DNA of 64,000 nt, taken from IMG/VR virus record IMGVR_UViG_3300012007_000010, positions 64,001-128,000 of that record, one strand, 5' to 3'. The notes under the pieces are model-generated. The model had not been told where the DNA came from. It worked only from the letters and a program-made list of their open reading frames with translations, and did no database searches. Positions 18,419 to 26,926 of this stretch are shown here, piece by piece. A program made the translations under genes and the position numbers. The stretch comes from a virus (lineage: Duplodnaviria; Heunggongvirae; Uroviricota; Caudoviricetes). Each line of letters opens with the position of its first letter. Position 1 is the stretch's first letter.

Positions 18419-19144
18419 ATGGACTATCACCCCTACAACCCCATCGGTCTCATGCCGCAGGAACTGCCGGACATGAAGAACCTCACGCCCGAGGAGCAGG
18501 AGCAGCTGTGCTACTCCACTGCCTTCTGCGGCTGTGCCACCTATGCCGTCGCCTTTGTCGTCGCCGTCATCCTCTGCGCCCTGCTCGGCTCCTGCGCCGC
18601 TCCGAAGGCCATCAACCGCACGGAGCATCACCACAGTGCCATCGACACGCTCAGCATCCAGGCCGCCGTCGATGCCCACATGACCAGCTGGCACCAGCGC
18701 ATGGACTCCCTCTTCCGCGAGCGCACCAGTCAGTCCAGTTTGGAGCAGCACAGCAGCACCGACCAGAAGGAACTCATCACCGAGACCGTCACCACCACCA
18801 CCGACTCCCTCGGTCGCAGCATCCGCCAGGAGCAGCGCACCATCTCCCGCGACCTCCACCAGGAGCAGCAGCAGCTCGCCCTTCGTCTGGAGCGCGAGAT
18901 GGAGAGCCGCCTGCAGACCGCCCTCGACCGTCAGGACAGCATCTGGCAGCAGCGCCTCGATGCCGCCATGAGCCACCGCGAGCAGACCGACTCCGCCCGC
19001 CACACCGTCACCCCCGTACCCCAAGACAACCGCCCCTGGTACCGCCGCTGGTCCGACCACCTGCAGTGGCTCGCCGTCGGCATCATCCTCGCCGTCGTCC
19101 TCTGGATCACCCGCCGTTGGTGGTTAGGGGTATTCCGGCGTTAA
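18419..19144 (+). CDS. Putative unimolecular spanin-like lipoprotein
   Basis: Hydrophobic helix ending LLGSC, coiled soluble middle, C-terminal TM helix followed by RRWWLGVFRR. Confidence 0.55.
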   Translation: MDYHPYNPIGLMPQELPDMKNLTPEEQEQLCYSTAFCGCATYAVAFVVAVILCALLGSCAAPKAINRTEHHHSAIDTLSIQAAVDAHMTSWHQRMDSLFRERTSQSSLEQHSSTDQKELITETVTTTTDSLGRSIRQEQRTISRDLHQEQQQLALRLEREMESRLQTALDRQDSIWQQRLDAAMSHREQTDSARHTVTPVPQDNRPWYRRWSDHLQWLAVGIILAVVLWITRRWWLGVFRR

Positions 19145-19198
19145 CCATGGTGTCGGAATAACGATATATCGAAACATCGAAATCTCAAAAAAGAAACG

Positions 19199-19528
19199 AT
19201 GATAGTAATAAGAAACAACCTCATACCCTTCCCGGACTACAAGGCCATCACCATCTGGCCCTTCATCTTCGTCCGCAAGAGCGCATGGTACAGCAACGAC
19301 ACCGACCGTCACGAGCGCATTCACGGGCGGCAGCAGCTGGAGATGCTGCTCCTGCTGTTCTATCTTTGGTATGGTCTGGAGTACATCATCCGCCTCTGGA
19401 TCACGCGCGACCACGAACGTGCCTACCGCTCCATCAGCTTCGAGCAGGAAGCCTACGCCAACGAGCGCGACGAGCAGTACCTTCAGCACCGCCGCTGGTA
19501 CGCCTGGCTGAAGTACCTCTTTAAGTGA
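19199..19528 (+). CDS. Small HExxH protein (putative metallopeptidase-like)
   Basis: RHERIH motif and ISFEQEAY distal Glu. Confidence 0.6.
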   Translation: MIVIRNNLIPFPDYKAITIWPFIFVRKSAWYSNDTDRHERIHGRQQLEMLLLLFYLWYGLEYIIRLWITRDHERAYRSISFEQEAYANERDEQYLQHRRWYAWLKYLFK

Positions 19529-19682
19529 AAAGTGAAAGGCTACGGGTAGGCGAGCTTTGCTCGGGAATGGAGTGGAATGCTACCGCAACTATTTGATAAT
19601 CAAGTAGTGGGCAAAAGCCGCAAATTTGTCACACACATTTTAAATAGTTTAACAACATAGTTTCAAGTATTAAGTTTCAAGT

Positions 19683-19991
19683 ATGGCACAACAACTCAAA
19701 ACATTGGCTCTCTCAGAACTCCGTCGCGTGGCCGAGCGCACACGGCTCGTCAATCGCCGCCTGCCCGACGGCAAGGGTGGCTACAAGGTGGAACAGGTCG
19801 TGGAGCGCATACCCTGGCGCGTCTGGTATATCGCTGCCTCCAATGGCGACGTGATCCGTGGTGAGAAATGCGTCACCATTGCCGTATATCCACAGGAGGG
19901 AACGCGCTTGGTGCAATTCACCAGCGGCCAGACGAGGAAACTTCGCGACTGCTGCATCCTCCGGGCCGACGACTTCCGGCTGACGGTGTGA
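19683..19991 (+). CDS. Hypothetical protein
   Basis: 102 aa beta-rich ORF. Confidence 0.65.
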   Translation: MAQQLKTLALSELRRVAERTRLVNRRLPDGKGGYKVEQVVERIPWRVWYIAASNGDVIRGEKCVTIAVYPQEGTRLVQFTSGQTRKLRDCCILRADDFRLTV

Positions 19992-20095
19992 TGGTATCGG
20001 CTACAGTCTGAAAATTTCTGCGCGAAGAGCACCCGTGCGGCGGCAGCAGCTTAATGTTCAATGTTCAATCTTCAATGTTCAATAGCAAAAAAAAA

Positions 20096-20539
20096 ATGAG
20101 TCCAGGAAAATATAAAAGCATACTTATTGCAGCAGTGGTGAAGCGATCAGGCATCTGCAGGGCCACCGTCGAGCAGGTGCTCGCGGCGACCTTCGACGAA
20201 ATCCGTTTCCAGATGGCCGAGGGTGCGGGCTGCGTGCCTATTGAGAGTTTCGGCACGTTCTACACCGTTGACATTCCGGAACGGGAGCACTGGTACTCCT
20301 ACAAGGATAAGCACGAGCTGCGCCACCTGCCACCCACCAAGCGGCTGAAGTTCAAGCCCACGAAGTCGTTCAAGCGCGAGGTTATCGACGACCAGCGCTT
20401 CGACCCCACGCGCCGCTCCTTCGAGCGCCATCCCGAGGACCCGCCCATCAAGGCCCGCATGGCCTTGAAATACCAGGGCGGCAACGGGAAGACCGTGCAT
20501 AAGGGCAAGACGGTATATCTGAAAAGTGATGAAGGATAA
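20096..20539 (+). CDS. HU/IHF-like DNA-binding protein
   Basis: LIAAVVKRSGI...VEQVLAATFDEI...VPIESFGTF...LKFKPTKSFK. Confidence 0.8.
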   Translation: MSPGKYKSILIAAVVKRSGICRATVEQVLAATFDEIRFQMAEGAGCVPIESFGTFYTVDIPEREHWYSYKDKHELRHLPPTKRLKFKPTKSFKREVIDDQRFDPTRRSFERHPEDPPIKARMALKYQGGNGKTVHKGKTVYLKSDEG

Positions 20540-20572
20540 TATCAACCAGTAGTTGCCGTTACCCTGACATCG

Positions 20573-20604
20573 GCCTGCCTCACGAGCTGTGGCAGGCTTT
20601 TTTT
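20573..20604 (+). terminator. Intrinsic terminator
   Basis: GCCTGCC/GGCAGGC stem + T7. Confidence 0.75.
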
Positions 20605-20959
20605 GTTGGTCGCCAAGACTCCTTGAAGCACCCCAAAAATCACACTCGTCGCTCGGCTCTGACGCTTTCGTCAAGCAAAGCGACTTAAAGAACTATCTGA
20701 TTATCAGCCTTTTGGAAAATCGCGTAAATTTGTCGCATGCTTTTAACATTTATTTTATACCACCTCGCGCGCCGCATCCTCCATCCTCCATCAGTCGCCA
20801 CACATCAAAATGTCGCACATTGTTAGCATAGTTTAACGTCAGTCCGCACAGTCTTGAACCTTGAACCTAAATTTATTCTCCATCTTCCATCAGTCATCAG
20901 CCATCGAAATGAGGCGAAAATATTAAAAACCAGGCGATGAAAAATAATTTGGAAAAGGT

Positions 20960-20990
20960 TTTGAAGGTAAAGAAAAAGTTTGTATCTTTG
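20960..20990 (+). promoter_or_regulatory. Sigma-A promoter
   Basis: TTTG-N19-TATCTTTG; implies true start at ATG 21025. Confidence 0.7.
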
Positions 20991-21024
20991 CAGACGGAAA
21001 TTAAGTATAAAACTACATGTTAAT

Positions 21025-21540
21025 ATGAATAAAACTAAGGTAACACAAGACACACTCTATGAGTATCTGCTGGCCCACGACGTCATCCTGGCGCGGCTTG
21101 CCGAGTTGAGCCACATCGATCAGAATGTAGTATTATCATGCTTCAAGCATCACAACAACTGGCACGGCAACCCCCGTCGGTTTAATGCCGAGCATATAAG
21201 TGCCATCAACCAGGCGCTGCCTCTGCTGGCCGACGAGTTGCGCAGCAGACTGCTGATCTTCGGCAGTACGCAGACGTTTACCAACAGGCGGGGCAAGACC
21301 TACGACCCGGCGCTGGTGGAACCGATGAAGGAACTGGGTAAGTATCTGAATGTCATGTCGATGACTAAAAGGCTGCTGGGGTGGTCGATGCTAAAAAAGA
21401 ATAATGTATTGAGCAACACCGCATCGAACATGTACGGCAATATCAGTCAGGCCGACACCGTAACCATCAACGCCGAGATACTGTCGGTGGCAGGGGTGCT
21501 CGACTGTTATGAGGTGGTGGCCGACGGCGATGTCAAATAA
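21025..21540 (+). CDS. Hypothetical protein (possible HTH-like N-terminus)
   Basis: 171 aa, monocistronic with own promoter. Confidence 0.65.
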   Translation: MNKTKVTQDTLYEYLLAHDVILARLAELSHIDQNVVLSCFKHHNNWHGNPRRFNAEHISAINQALPLLADELRSRLLIFGSTQTFTNRRGKTYDPALVEPMKELGKYLNVMSMTKRLLGWSMLKKNNVLSNTASNMYGNISQADTVTINAEILSVAGVLDCYEVVADGDVK

Positions 21541-21776
21541 GTATCAGTAACGTGTTAAAATAGTATCAGTCGCAAGTTAAGGTAATACTATTTTGTTTTG
21601 TGCTGCGGGCTTTCTTTTTAGAAAGTTCGCAGCATTGTTTTTTTTGGAAAGTACCATATATCATTTTCCATAATACTTTTTTTTTTGAAAACATGTGCGT
21701 GTCACGACGAACATCCCGCGCCTCGCTGGGGCGGACGGCTGTCCGCGCCCTGAACGCCGTCTGGGTGCAAATATGC

Positions 21777-21825
21777 TGCAAAGGTAGGGTGCAAAGGTAG
21801 GGTGCAAAGGTAGGGTGCAAAGGTA
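21777..21825. repeat. Tandem 13-mer TGCAAAGGTAGGG x3.8
   Basis: Three exact copies plus a partial copy. Confidence 0.9.
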
Positions 21826-21905
21826 TGCAGCTCAATTCTTTAGATAAGGTACGCGAAAGGGACTGCTTTTTTTCTAAAATCATAGCAAATTTTTTTGCTT
21901 TTTGT

Positions 21906-21936
21906 TTTGCAAGTAAATGAAAATTTTATATCTTTG
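21906..21936 (+). promoter_or_regulatory. Promoter heading the early region
   Basis: TTTG-N19-TATCTTTG. Confidence 0.75.
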
Positions 21937-22225
21937 CAATAGTTCCAAACGAAACGAGAACGGAAACAAACAAACGGAACAAGCGAACTTTGACATACTT
22001 ACATATCCAAAGAAAAAGCGAACGTATTTTTCAGTACGGCCGTGTAAAACATACCAATGGGGTCATGTGCGAACGTGTAAGCGGAAACGAACTGCATGGA
22101 CAATATCGTGGGGTCACGTGTGTGGGCGGCTAAAGTTCCCGATATGATGGGCAAAGGGCTGATTGATAGTAACTTTTATGTATGGTTTATGTAATGCACA
22201 ACGGCGGCAACGGCAAAATATTGCT

Positions 22226-22520
22226 ATTGTGCCCAGGTAGCCCGTAAAACGGCTAAAGCGGTAAAACGCTTGCATGGGTGCAAGGTAGTATCGAGCGGAC
22301 TATAATGCAGTCGGTAGTAAACGAAAGGGAATCCCGCCACGACCTGACGTGATGTCAGATTAGCAGGAAAGGCCCGGGTAGGCACTACAGACGCCAGTCT
22401 GTAGGGACAAGTGTACATTGGAGTGAACAGAACTACCGCCAGCAATGGCGGACACTATAGCCCATAGAGCAAGTGAGCACTACAGGTGCAGGGGGATCGG
22501 CACCCCCCTATGGGCACAAT
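22226..22520 (+). ncRNA. Candidate structured ncRNA / leader (~295 nt)
   Basis: 10-bp closing stem ATTGTGCCCA/TGGGCACAAT enclosing at least eight short hairpins; non-coding. Confidence 0.5.
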
Positions 22521-22557
22521 GACGCTTTTGTCAGAATCATCAAAATCAATTAAAGTT

Positions 22558-23238
22558 ATGACACAGAATGCAGTGGTCATGGAGCAGACCGTAAACGCTC
22601 CCGCTATCAATGTAGAGAACAATGTCGAGAACGTATTGGCTAACATGGAGGCTAACACCCCTGCTATCAGTCTCGACCTGTCTTTCAGTGCTATGAATAA
22701 GGCTCTGGGTGCAGTGTTCACCGAGACTATGAAGTTCAAGCAGGCTCTCAGAGTGTTCGACGGCATGGGCTCCCTCATGGTTCCTATCAGCGACAAGAAG
22801 AAGATGAAGTTCGCCGACATCCTCAGACAGGTGGGTGTGAAGTATAAGGTCGGACGTATCGACGTCGAGAGCCTGAAGAGCGCATGGAAGGTGTTCACCG
22901 AGGACGGCTACATGGCTATCTACCGGGGCGTGCCCGGCTACGAGGCTACCGAGGGCGACGAGAAAGGCCGCAAGGTCTACACATGGGACGAGAAGAAGAG
23001 CCAATATATGGGTGTATCAGTGCAGAAGATAGTGGCCGTCGAGAAGTGGAACGCCCGCCTTATACTGACGGGTATCCTGCAGGCTGCCTTCACCGAGAAG
23101 TTCGAGAAGGCGGCCAAGGAGAGCCTGGAGGCATGGGACAAGTTCGAGGGCGAGCTCTATGTGTTCGACAAGGTGACCAACAAGGACGGCGTGAACAACA
23201 AGGCCAAGGCTATCCGCAAGAGTCAGGTGGAGTTCTAA
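22558..23238 (+). CDS. Hypothetical protein, first gene of early region
   Basis: 226 aa, strong codon bias. Confidence 0.8.
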   Translation: MTQNAVVMEQTVNAPAINVENNVENVLANMEANTPAISLDLSFSAMNKALGAVFTETMKFKQALRVFDGMGSLMVPISDKKKMKFADILRQVGVKYKVGRIDVESLKSAWKVFTEDGYMAIYRGVPGYEATEGDEKGRKVYTWDEKKSQYMGVSVQKIVAVEKWNARLILTGILQAAFTEKFEKAAKESLEAWDKFEGELYVFDKVTNKDGVNNKAKAIRKSQVEF

Positions 23239-23261
23239 TCGGGGTCGGACTATCTCAGGTA

Positions 23262-23321
23262 ACAAGGGAGCGGATATGGGCACCCCTATCGGGGCGGAGG
23301 GTTCGACTCCCTCCCCTTGTG
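23262..23321 (+). ncRNA. tRNA-like mini-element (acceptor stem + T-arm, no canonical D/anticodon arms)
   Basis: ACAAGGG/CCCTTGT stacked on GAGGG-TTCGACT-CCCTC. Confidence 0.5.
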
Positions 23322-23350
23322 CAAATATTAACATCTAAACGCAAGAAGAC

Positions 23351-23767
23351 ATGACAGAAAAAGCTATCATTGCACGGATGAGACAGATTCGTGAGAGCCG
23401 CACGTTTCATCACACCAAGACCGTGACCAAACGCCAGGTGGTGGAGTACGAGAGCACTATGGTGGTCCGGGGTGGTCACAAACTGAAGGGAGCCTATCGC
23501 ACCAGCCTCCAGGTGATGAAGACCTATGAACAGGAGGAGTGGGGCGGACTGGAGAGCCGCCGTCAGATGTTCGAGGCCGGTAAGGGTACGCGCTTCACTA
23601 AGCGCACCCATGTGAACACCGGAGCCCACTATACGAAGAGCGGCGGTGTGACCTCTACCAAGCGCCCGACGGCGCATGGCGAGGTGTGCAGCGTGGGCAG
23701 GGTTATCACGGTGAAGCGGTTCAGCAACAGCCGCCTGACGTGTGTATGCAAGAGCTTGATGTATTAA
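23351..23767 (+). CDS. Hypothetical basic protein
   Basis: 138 aa. Confidence 0.65.
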   Translation: MTEKAIIARMRQIRESRTFHHTKTVTKRQVVEYESTMVVRGGHKLKGAYRTSLQVMKTYEQEEWGGLESRRQMFEAGKGTRFTKRTHVNTGAHYTKSGGVTSTKRPTAHGEVCSVGRVITVKRFSNSRLTCVCKSLMY

Positions 23768-23945
23768 GCGAGAAATAACTATCGGTAGGTTGTAGCATGT
23801 CCGGGAGCATCGCCCACAGGCACAGGCACTTGAAAGCCCACTTCTATAGGACTATCGGGAGGTGGTGAGCGGAGTGTGCGAGCTAATTGGTGCGAGGATT
23901 ATCGGCAGGCGGCAGCGTGCGGACTAAATATCGGAGGACAGAACT

Positions 23946-24092
23946 ATGACAGCGAAAGAACGTATCGACGATCTGAAGAGTGTCTATGACATCCTGAGCA
24001 AGCAGGCGCAGGGCGAAGAAGTGACAGACGTGGAGTTTAACATAGCCCGCCTATTGCTTCACAGAGTGATAGGCGACATGGAGCAAACCTAA
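23946..24092 (+). CDS. Small hypothetical protein (48 aa)
   Basis: GGAGG-N8-ATG; MTAKERIDDL... Confidence 0.65.
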   Translation: MTAKERIDDLKSVYDILSKQAQGEEVTDVEFNIARLLLHRVIGDMEQT

Positions 24093-24094
24093 CT

Positions 24095-24274
24095 ATGGCA
24101 GAACAGGCACTAATCGTAAAGCTGCGCCCCAAGTTTCAGGAACTGCGGGACGCGAGAACGTATGACGAGGCAGGCGTGAAGCGCATCCTTTACAAGTTTG
24201 CACGCAGTATTGGGTGCAAGTGGAACGACGCGAAGTTGCAGGCGTTTATAGAGCAATGCTTCAACTACGACTGA
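24095..24274 (+). CDS. Small hypothetical protein (59 aa)
   Basis: MAEQALIVKL..., abuts previous stop. Confidence 0.6.
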   Translation: MAEQALIVKLRPKFQELRDARTYDEAGVKRILYKFARSIGCKWNDAKLQAFIEQCFNYD

Positions 24275-24357
24275 TGTGACTATCGGGGCGCACGGCTGCA
24301 GGGCTGTGCGCCCCGGTTGTATCTGGACGAGACGAAAAATTATCGGAGGACAAGACT

Positions 24358-24558
24358 ATGCAAGGATTTATCGGAATCTATGCCATCTATTTCCATTCGC
24401 GGAAACGTATGGCAGACACAAGTACCTGGGGCAAGGAGAAAATGCCAAGTGACTACACGGAGCAGGAAGTGGCTCAGGCCGCACGCCTCGCAGGCTGCGA
24501 GGGCTACGCTATCGTGAAAGACAATCAAGTGAAGACTATGAAGTGGTTTGTGAACTAA
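24358..24558 (+). CDS. Hypothetical protein
   Basis: GGAGG-N8-ATG. Confidence 0.65.
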   Translation: MQGFIGIYAIYFHSRKRMADTSTWGKEKMPSDYTEQEVAQAARLAGCEGYAIVKDNQVKTMKWFVN

Positions 24559-24580
24559 AACATATCTGGAGGACAAAATC

Positions 24581-24955
24581 ATGGAGAGAACAATGACTAT
24601 CGCACAGGCCAAGGCATTTATGGCCGATGTGCAGGCTATCGTGGATCGCGAAGACCACGGCTTTTGTGACTATCAGACCTGGCAGCACCGCCACCAGGGC
24701 GCAGTGTGGGGCGAGGGTATCAGCGTGGACGTGAGCCACGACGAGGACCACGGCTGCTATCACGAGACGGTGGGCATCCACTACTACGTGCAGCATCACG
24801 AGGGCGAGGGCATTGCCTGTCTGCGCATGGACTCGCGCGAGGGTGGCACGCTGGCTAACGACAAGCCTTTCTACGGCAGCGCACAGGAGGCCGCCGACTA
24901 TCTGCTGAAGGACTATCGCGAGTGCTTCGACGACGAGAACGTGGAGTGTGTCTAA
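24581..24955 (+). CDS. Hypothetical protein
   Basis: GGAGG-N8-ATG. Confidence 0.7.
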   Translation: MERTMTIAQAKAFMADVQAIVDREDHGFCDYQTWQHRHQGAVWGEGISVDVSHDEDHGCYHETVGIHYYVQHHEGEGIACLRMDSREGGTLANDKPFYGSAQEAADYLLKDYRECFDDENVECV

Positions 24956-24980
24956 TCAAAAAAAACTGGAGGACAAAGCA

Positions 24981-25331
24981 ATGAAGACTTTTGCAAAAAT
25001 GATTGTGGCCGCTATCGTGGCCGTGTTTATGGGCGTCATGGTTATTGCCTGCGACGCAAGTGATAGCCTGGTAATCGTGACTATGTTTGCTACCGCGATC
25101 GCGGCGAGTGGGCTGCTGGGTGTGTTCGATATGCCCGCTGAGCGCACGAAGCACGACTCTATCCGCCACAAGACAGGTAACTATAGCCAGGCAGCTATAT
25201 TCGTAGGCACGGCCTGTTTGTTCATGGGCACGCAGCAGGAGTGTGAGGAACTGGCTGACGACCTGCAGCACTATGCCCAGCAGGCCCGCGTGGAGATGCT
25301 GACGGGTGAGGAGACGTTTAACGTAATCTAA
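24981..25331 (+). CDS. Hypothetical membrane protein (two N-terminal TM helices)
   Basis: GGAGG-N8-ATG; hydrophobic N-terminus. Confidence 0.65.
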   Translation: MKTFAKMIVAAIVAVFMGVMVIACDASDSLVIVTMFATAIAASGLLGVFDMPAERTKHDSIRHKTGNYSQAAIFVGTACLFMGTQQECEELADDLQHYAQQARVEMLTGEETFNVI

Positions 25332-25346
25332 TGGGAGGACTGAGTT

Positions 25347-25676
25347 ATGAAGAAGACTATCGTATGCACGTGGGTTGCTATCTGTGTGGCCATGCTGGCC
25401 TTTAACTTCAACTACACGTATAAGGCCAGCCGCGAGGCTCGGCTGTGCTATCATCTGGCCCATGCTAATGTGCGCGACGGCTATATGGACGAGGCAGACA
25501 TGGCGAGGGTGAAGCGCTTCGTGAGCCGCCAACACTCTATCATGTTTCCCGGATCGGCGTATGAGCGCCTGCGCTGCTATCGCAACAACCTGCAGCGCCA
25601 GCGCCTGTCGGCTATCGACCGCGAGATGCGTGGCGCGGTCAATGGCGCGTATTGCGCCCTGAAAGTGAACAAGTAA
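25347..25676 (+). CDS. Hypothetical protein with N-terminal TM/signal
   Basis: GGAGG-N8-ATG. Confidence 0.65.
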   Translation: MKKTIVCTWVAICVAMLAFNFNYTYKASREARLCYHLAHANVRDGYMDEADMARVKRFVSRQHSIMFPGSAYERLRCYRNNLQRQRLSAIDREMRGAVNGAYCALKVNK

Positions 25677-25723
25677 ATCTATCAAAACATCAATAACACT
25701 CAAATCAAAAGGAGAACCGAGTT

Positions 25724-25930
25724 ATGAAGAGAATCAAGACTATGGCACGCGCCGCCAAGAAGAGCGCACGTATTGTTGCTATGACCGCTGCTGTTGCAGC
25801 AAGTATGAACACCAGCATGAGCCAGGCAGAGAAGGCCGCTATGGAGTGCGCCTTCGCCGACATGGTCGATGAATACGGGCATAAAGCCCTTATCATCGAC
25901 CTGCACCCGTTCCACGGGTTTATCGCGTAA
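25724..25930 (+). CDS. Hypothetical protein
   Basis: GGAGA-N8-ATG. Confidence 0.6.
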   Translation: MKRIKTMARAAKKSARIVAMTAAVAASMNTSMSQAEKAAMECAFADMVDEYGHKALIIDLHPFHGFIA

Positions 25931-25948
25931 AGGAGGGAGGACTGGAGT

Positions 25949-26266
25949 ATGACTATACATTGCCAGGAGCGTTTCGACGCTGCACGTGCCTATGCTAAGA
26001 GCGTGGGCCTGCTGGAGAATTTCGACGAGGTGTTCAACCGCCTGAAGTCGTGGGAGGAGCGCGACTATTGCCCCGTGGAGATACACATCGGGAGCGACTT
26101 CGAGAAGCACTCGTTCACGTTCCGCGAGGAGTATCTGCGCGAGGACCTGAAGGGCCGCGACGGCATCTGCGGCGGCATCATCTATCACGGCTGCCCGAAG
26201 GAGGGCTACCGCCCGGCCATGAGCACCCAAATGTGCCCGAGCTACGGATGGCAGATACACACATAA
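25949..26266 (+). CDS. DUF4120-like protein
   Basis: CQE.FD...YA..., GGIIYHG...GWQIHT terminus recalled from DUF4120. Confidence 0.7.
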   Translation: MTIHCQERFDAARAYAKSVGLLENFDEVFNRLKSWEERDYCPVEIHIGSDFEKHSFTFREEYLREDLKGRDGICGGIIYHGCPKEGYRPAMSTQMCPSYGWQIHT

Positions 26267-26287
26267 AAGCGAGTGAGGACTGTGACT

Positions 26288-26506
26288 ATGAAAGAGCCTA
26301 AGAACGTCTGCGAGATGAGCCGCAGGCAGATTAACGCCTATTTCCGCCAGCACGACGAGAGCCGACTATGGCCCGTCTGCGGGCGGTTCAATGCCACGGA
26401 GCGGGCCATCAGGCGCACAAGGCGCAACGGCTTCGGGGCAAACGGCGGCCTGGAGTACTATCTGGCCGTGGAGAGAGAGTTAAGTGAAATCGTAAATGCA
26501 GCGTAA
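26288..26506 (+). CDS. Hypothetical protein, ends -NAA
   Basis: TGAGG-N9-ATG. Confidence 0.6.
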   Translation: MKEPKNVCEMSRRQINAYFRQHDESRLWPVCGRFNATERAIRRTRRNGFGANGGLEYYLAVERELSEIVNAA

Positions 26507-26526
26507 CAATAAAATCAGAAACAAGT

Positions 26527-26649
26527 ATGGCAAAGACTGTATCAATCAACAAGACACGCAAGGCCATCGCCTATGCGTATAACGTGAGTATCGACAATAT
26601 TCCCGAGGAAATCGAGGATCAGTTTATCAACTATCGCAAAGCAGCATGA
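26527..26649 (+). CDS. Small hypothetical protein (40 aa), ends -RKAA
   Basis: Translated by hand: MAKTVSINKTRKAIAYAYNVSIDNIPEEIEDQFINYRKAA. Confidence 0.6.
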   Translation: MAKTVSINKTRKAIAYAYNVSIDNIPEEIEDQFINYRKAA

Positions 26650-26652
26650 CCT

Positions 26653-26922
26653 ATGGCAATAATGAGCGACGCGCAGATTGCTGCGCAGTATTCGGACTTC
26701 AAGATTCTGACACTATCGGTGGAGGAGAAGGACGACTATTTCACGGGGTGCGTAGAGATAGAGTTTCCTAATGCCGACAACATCACGTTCGACGGCTATA
26801 AGTGTGACAACTTTATCGGCTATGACAAGACTGGCAACCGTATTGCCTTCGACAACTGGTACCCAGACGAGGTGTACTACAATCTGTGTCAACGAATCAA
26901 CAAACAACGTAAAGCAGCGTGA
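26653..26922 (+). CDS. Hypothetical protein, ends -RKAA
   Basis: 89 aa. Confidence 0.7.
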   Translation: MAIMSDAQIAAQYSDFKILTLSVEEKDDYFTGCVEIEFPNADNITFDGYKCDNFIGYDKTGNRIAFDNWYPDEVYYNLCQRINKQRKAA

Positions 26923-26926
26923 GACT

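Noticed and set aside
21917-22147. 76-aa ORF upstream of the early region
   Set aside because: Starts inside the promoter itself and lacks coding-like codon usage
22370-22440. CCCGGGTAGG and ACAGAAC reminiscent of RNase P RNA
   Set aside because: The GAGGAAAGTCC and CGGCTTA conserved regions that form P4 are missing
23262-23321. tRNA-like element as a tmRNA
   Set aside because: No GGGG/alanine identity elements, tag ORF or pseudoknot region
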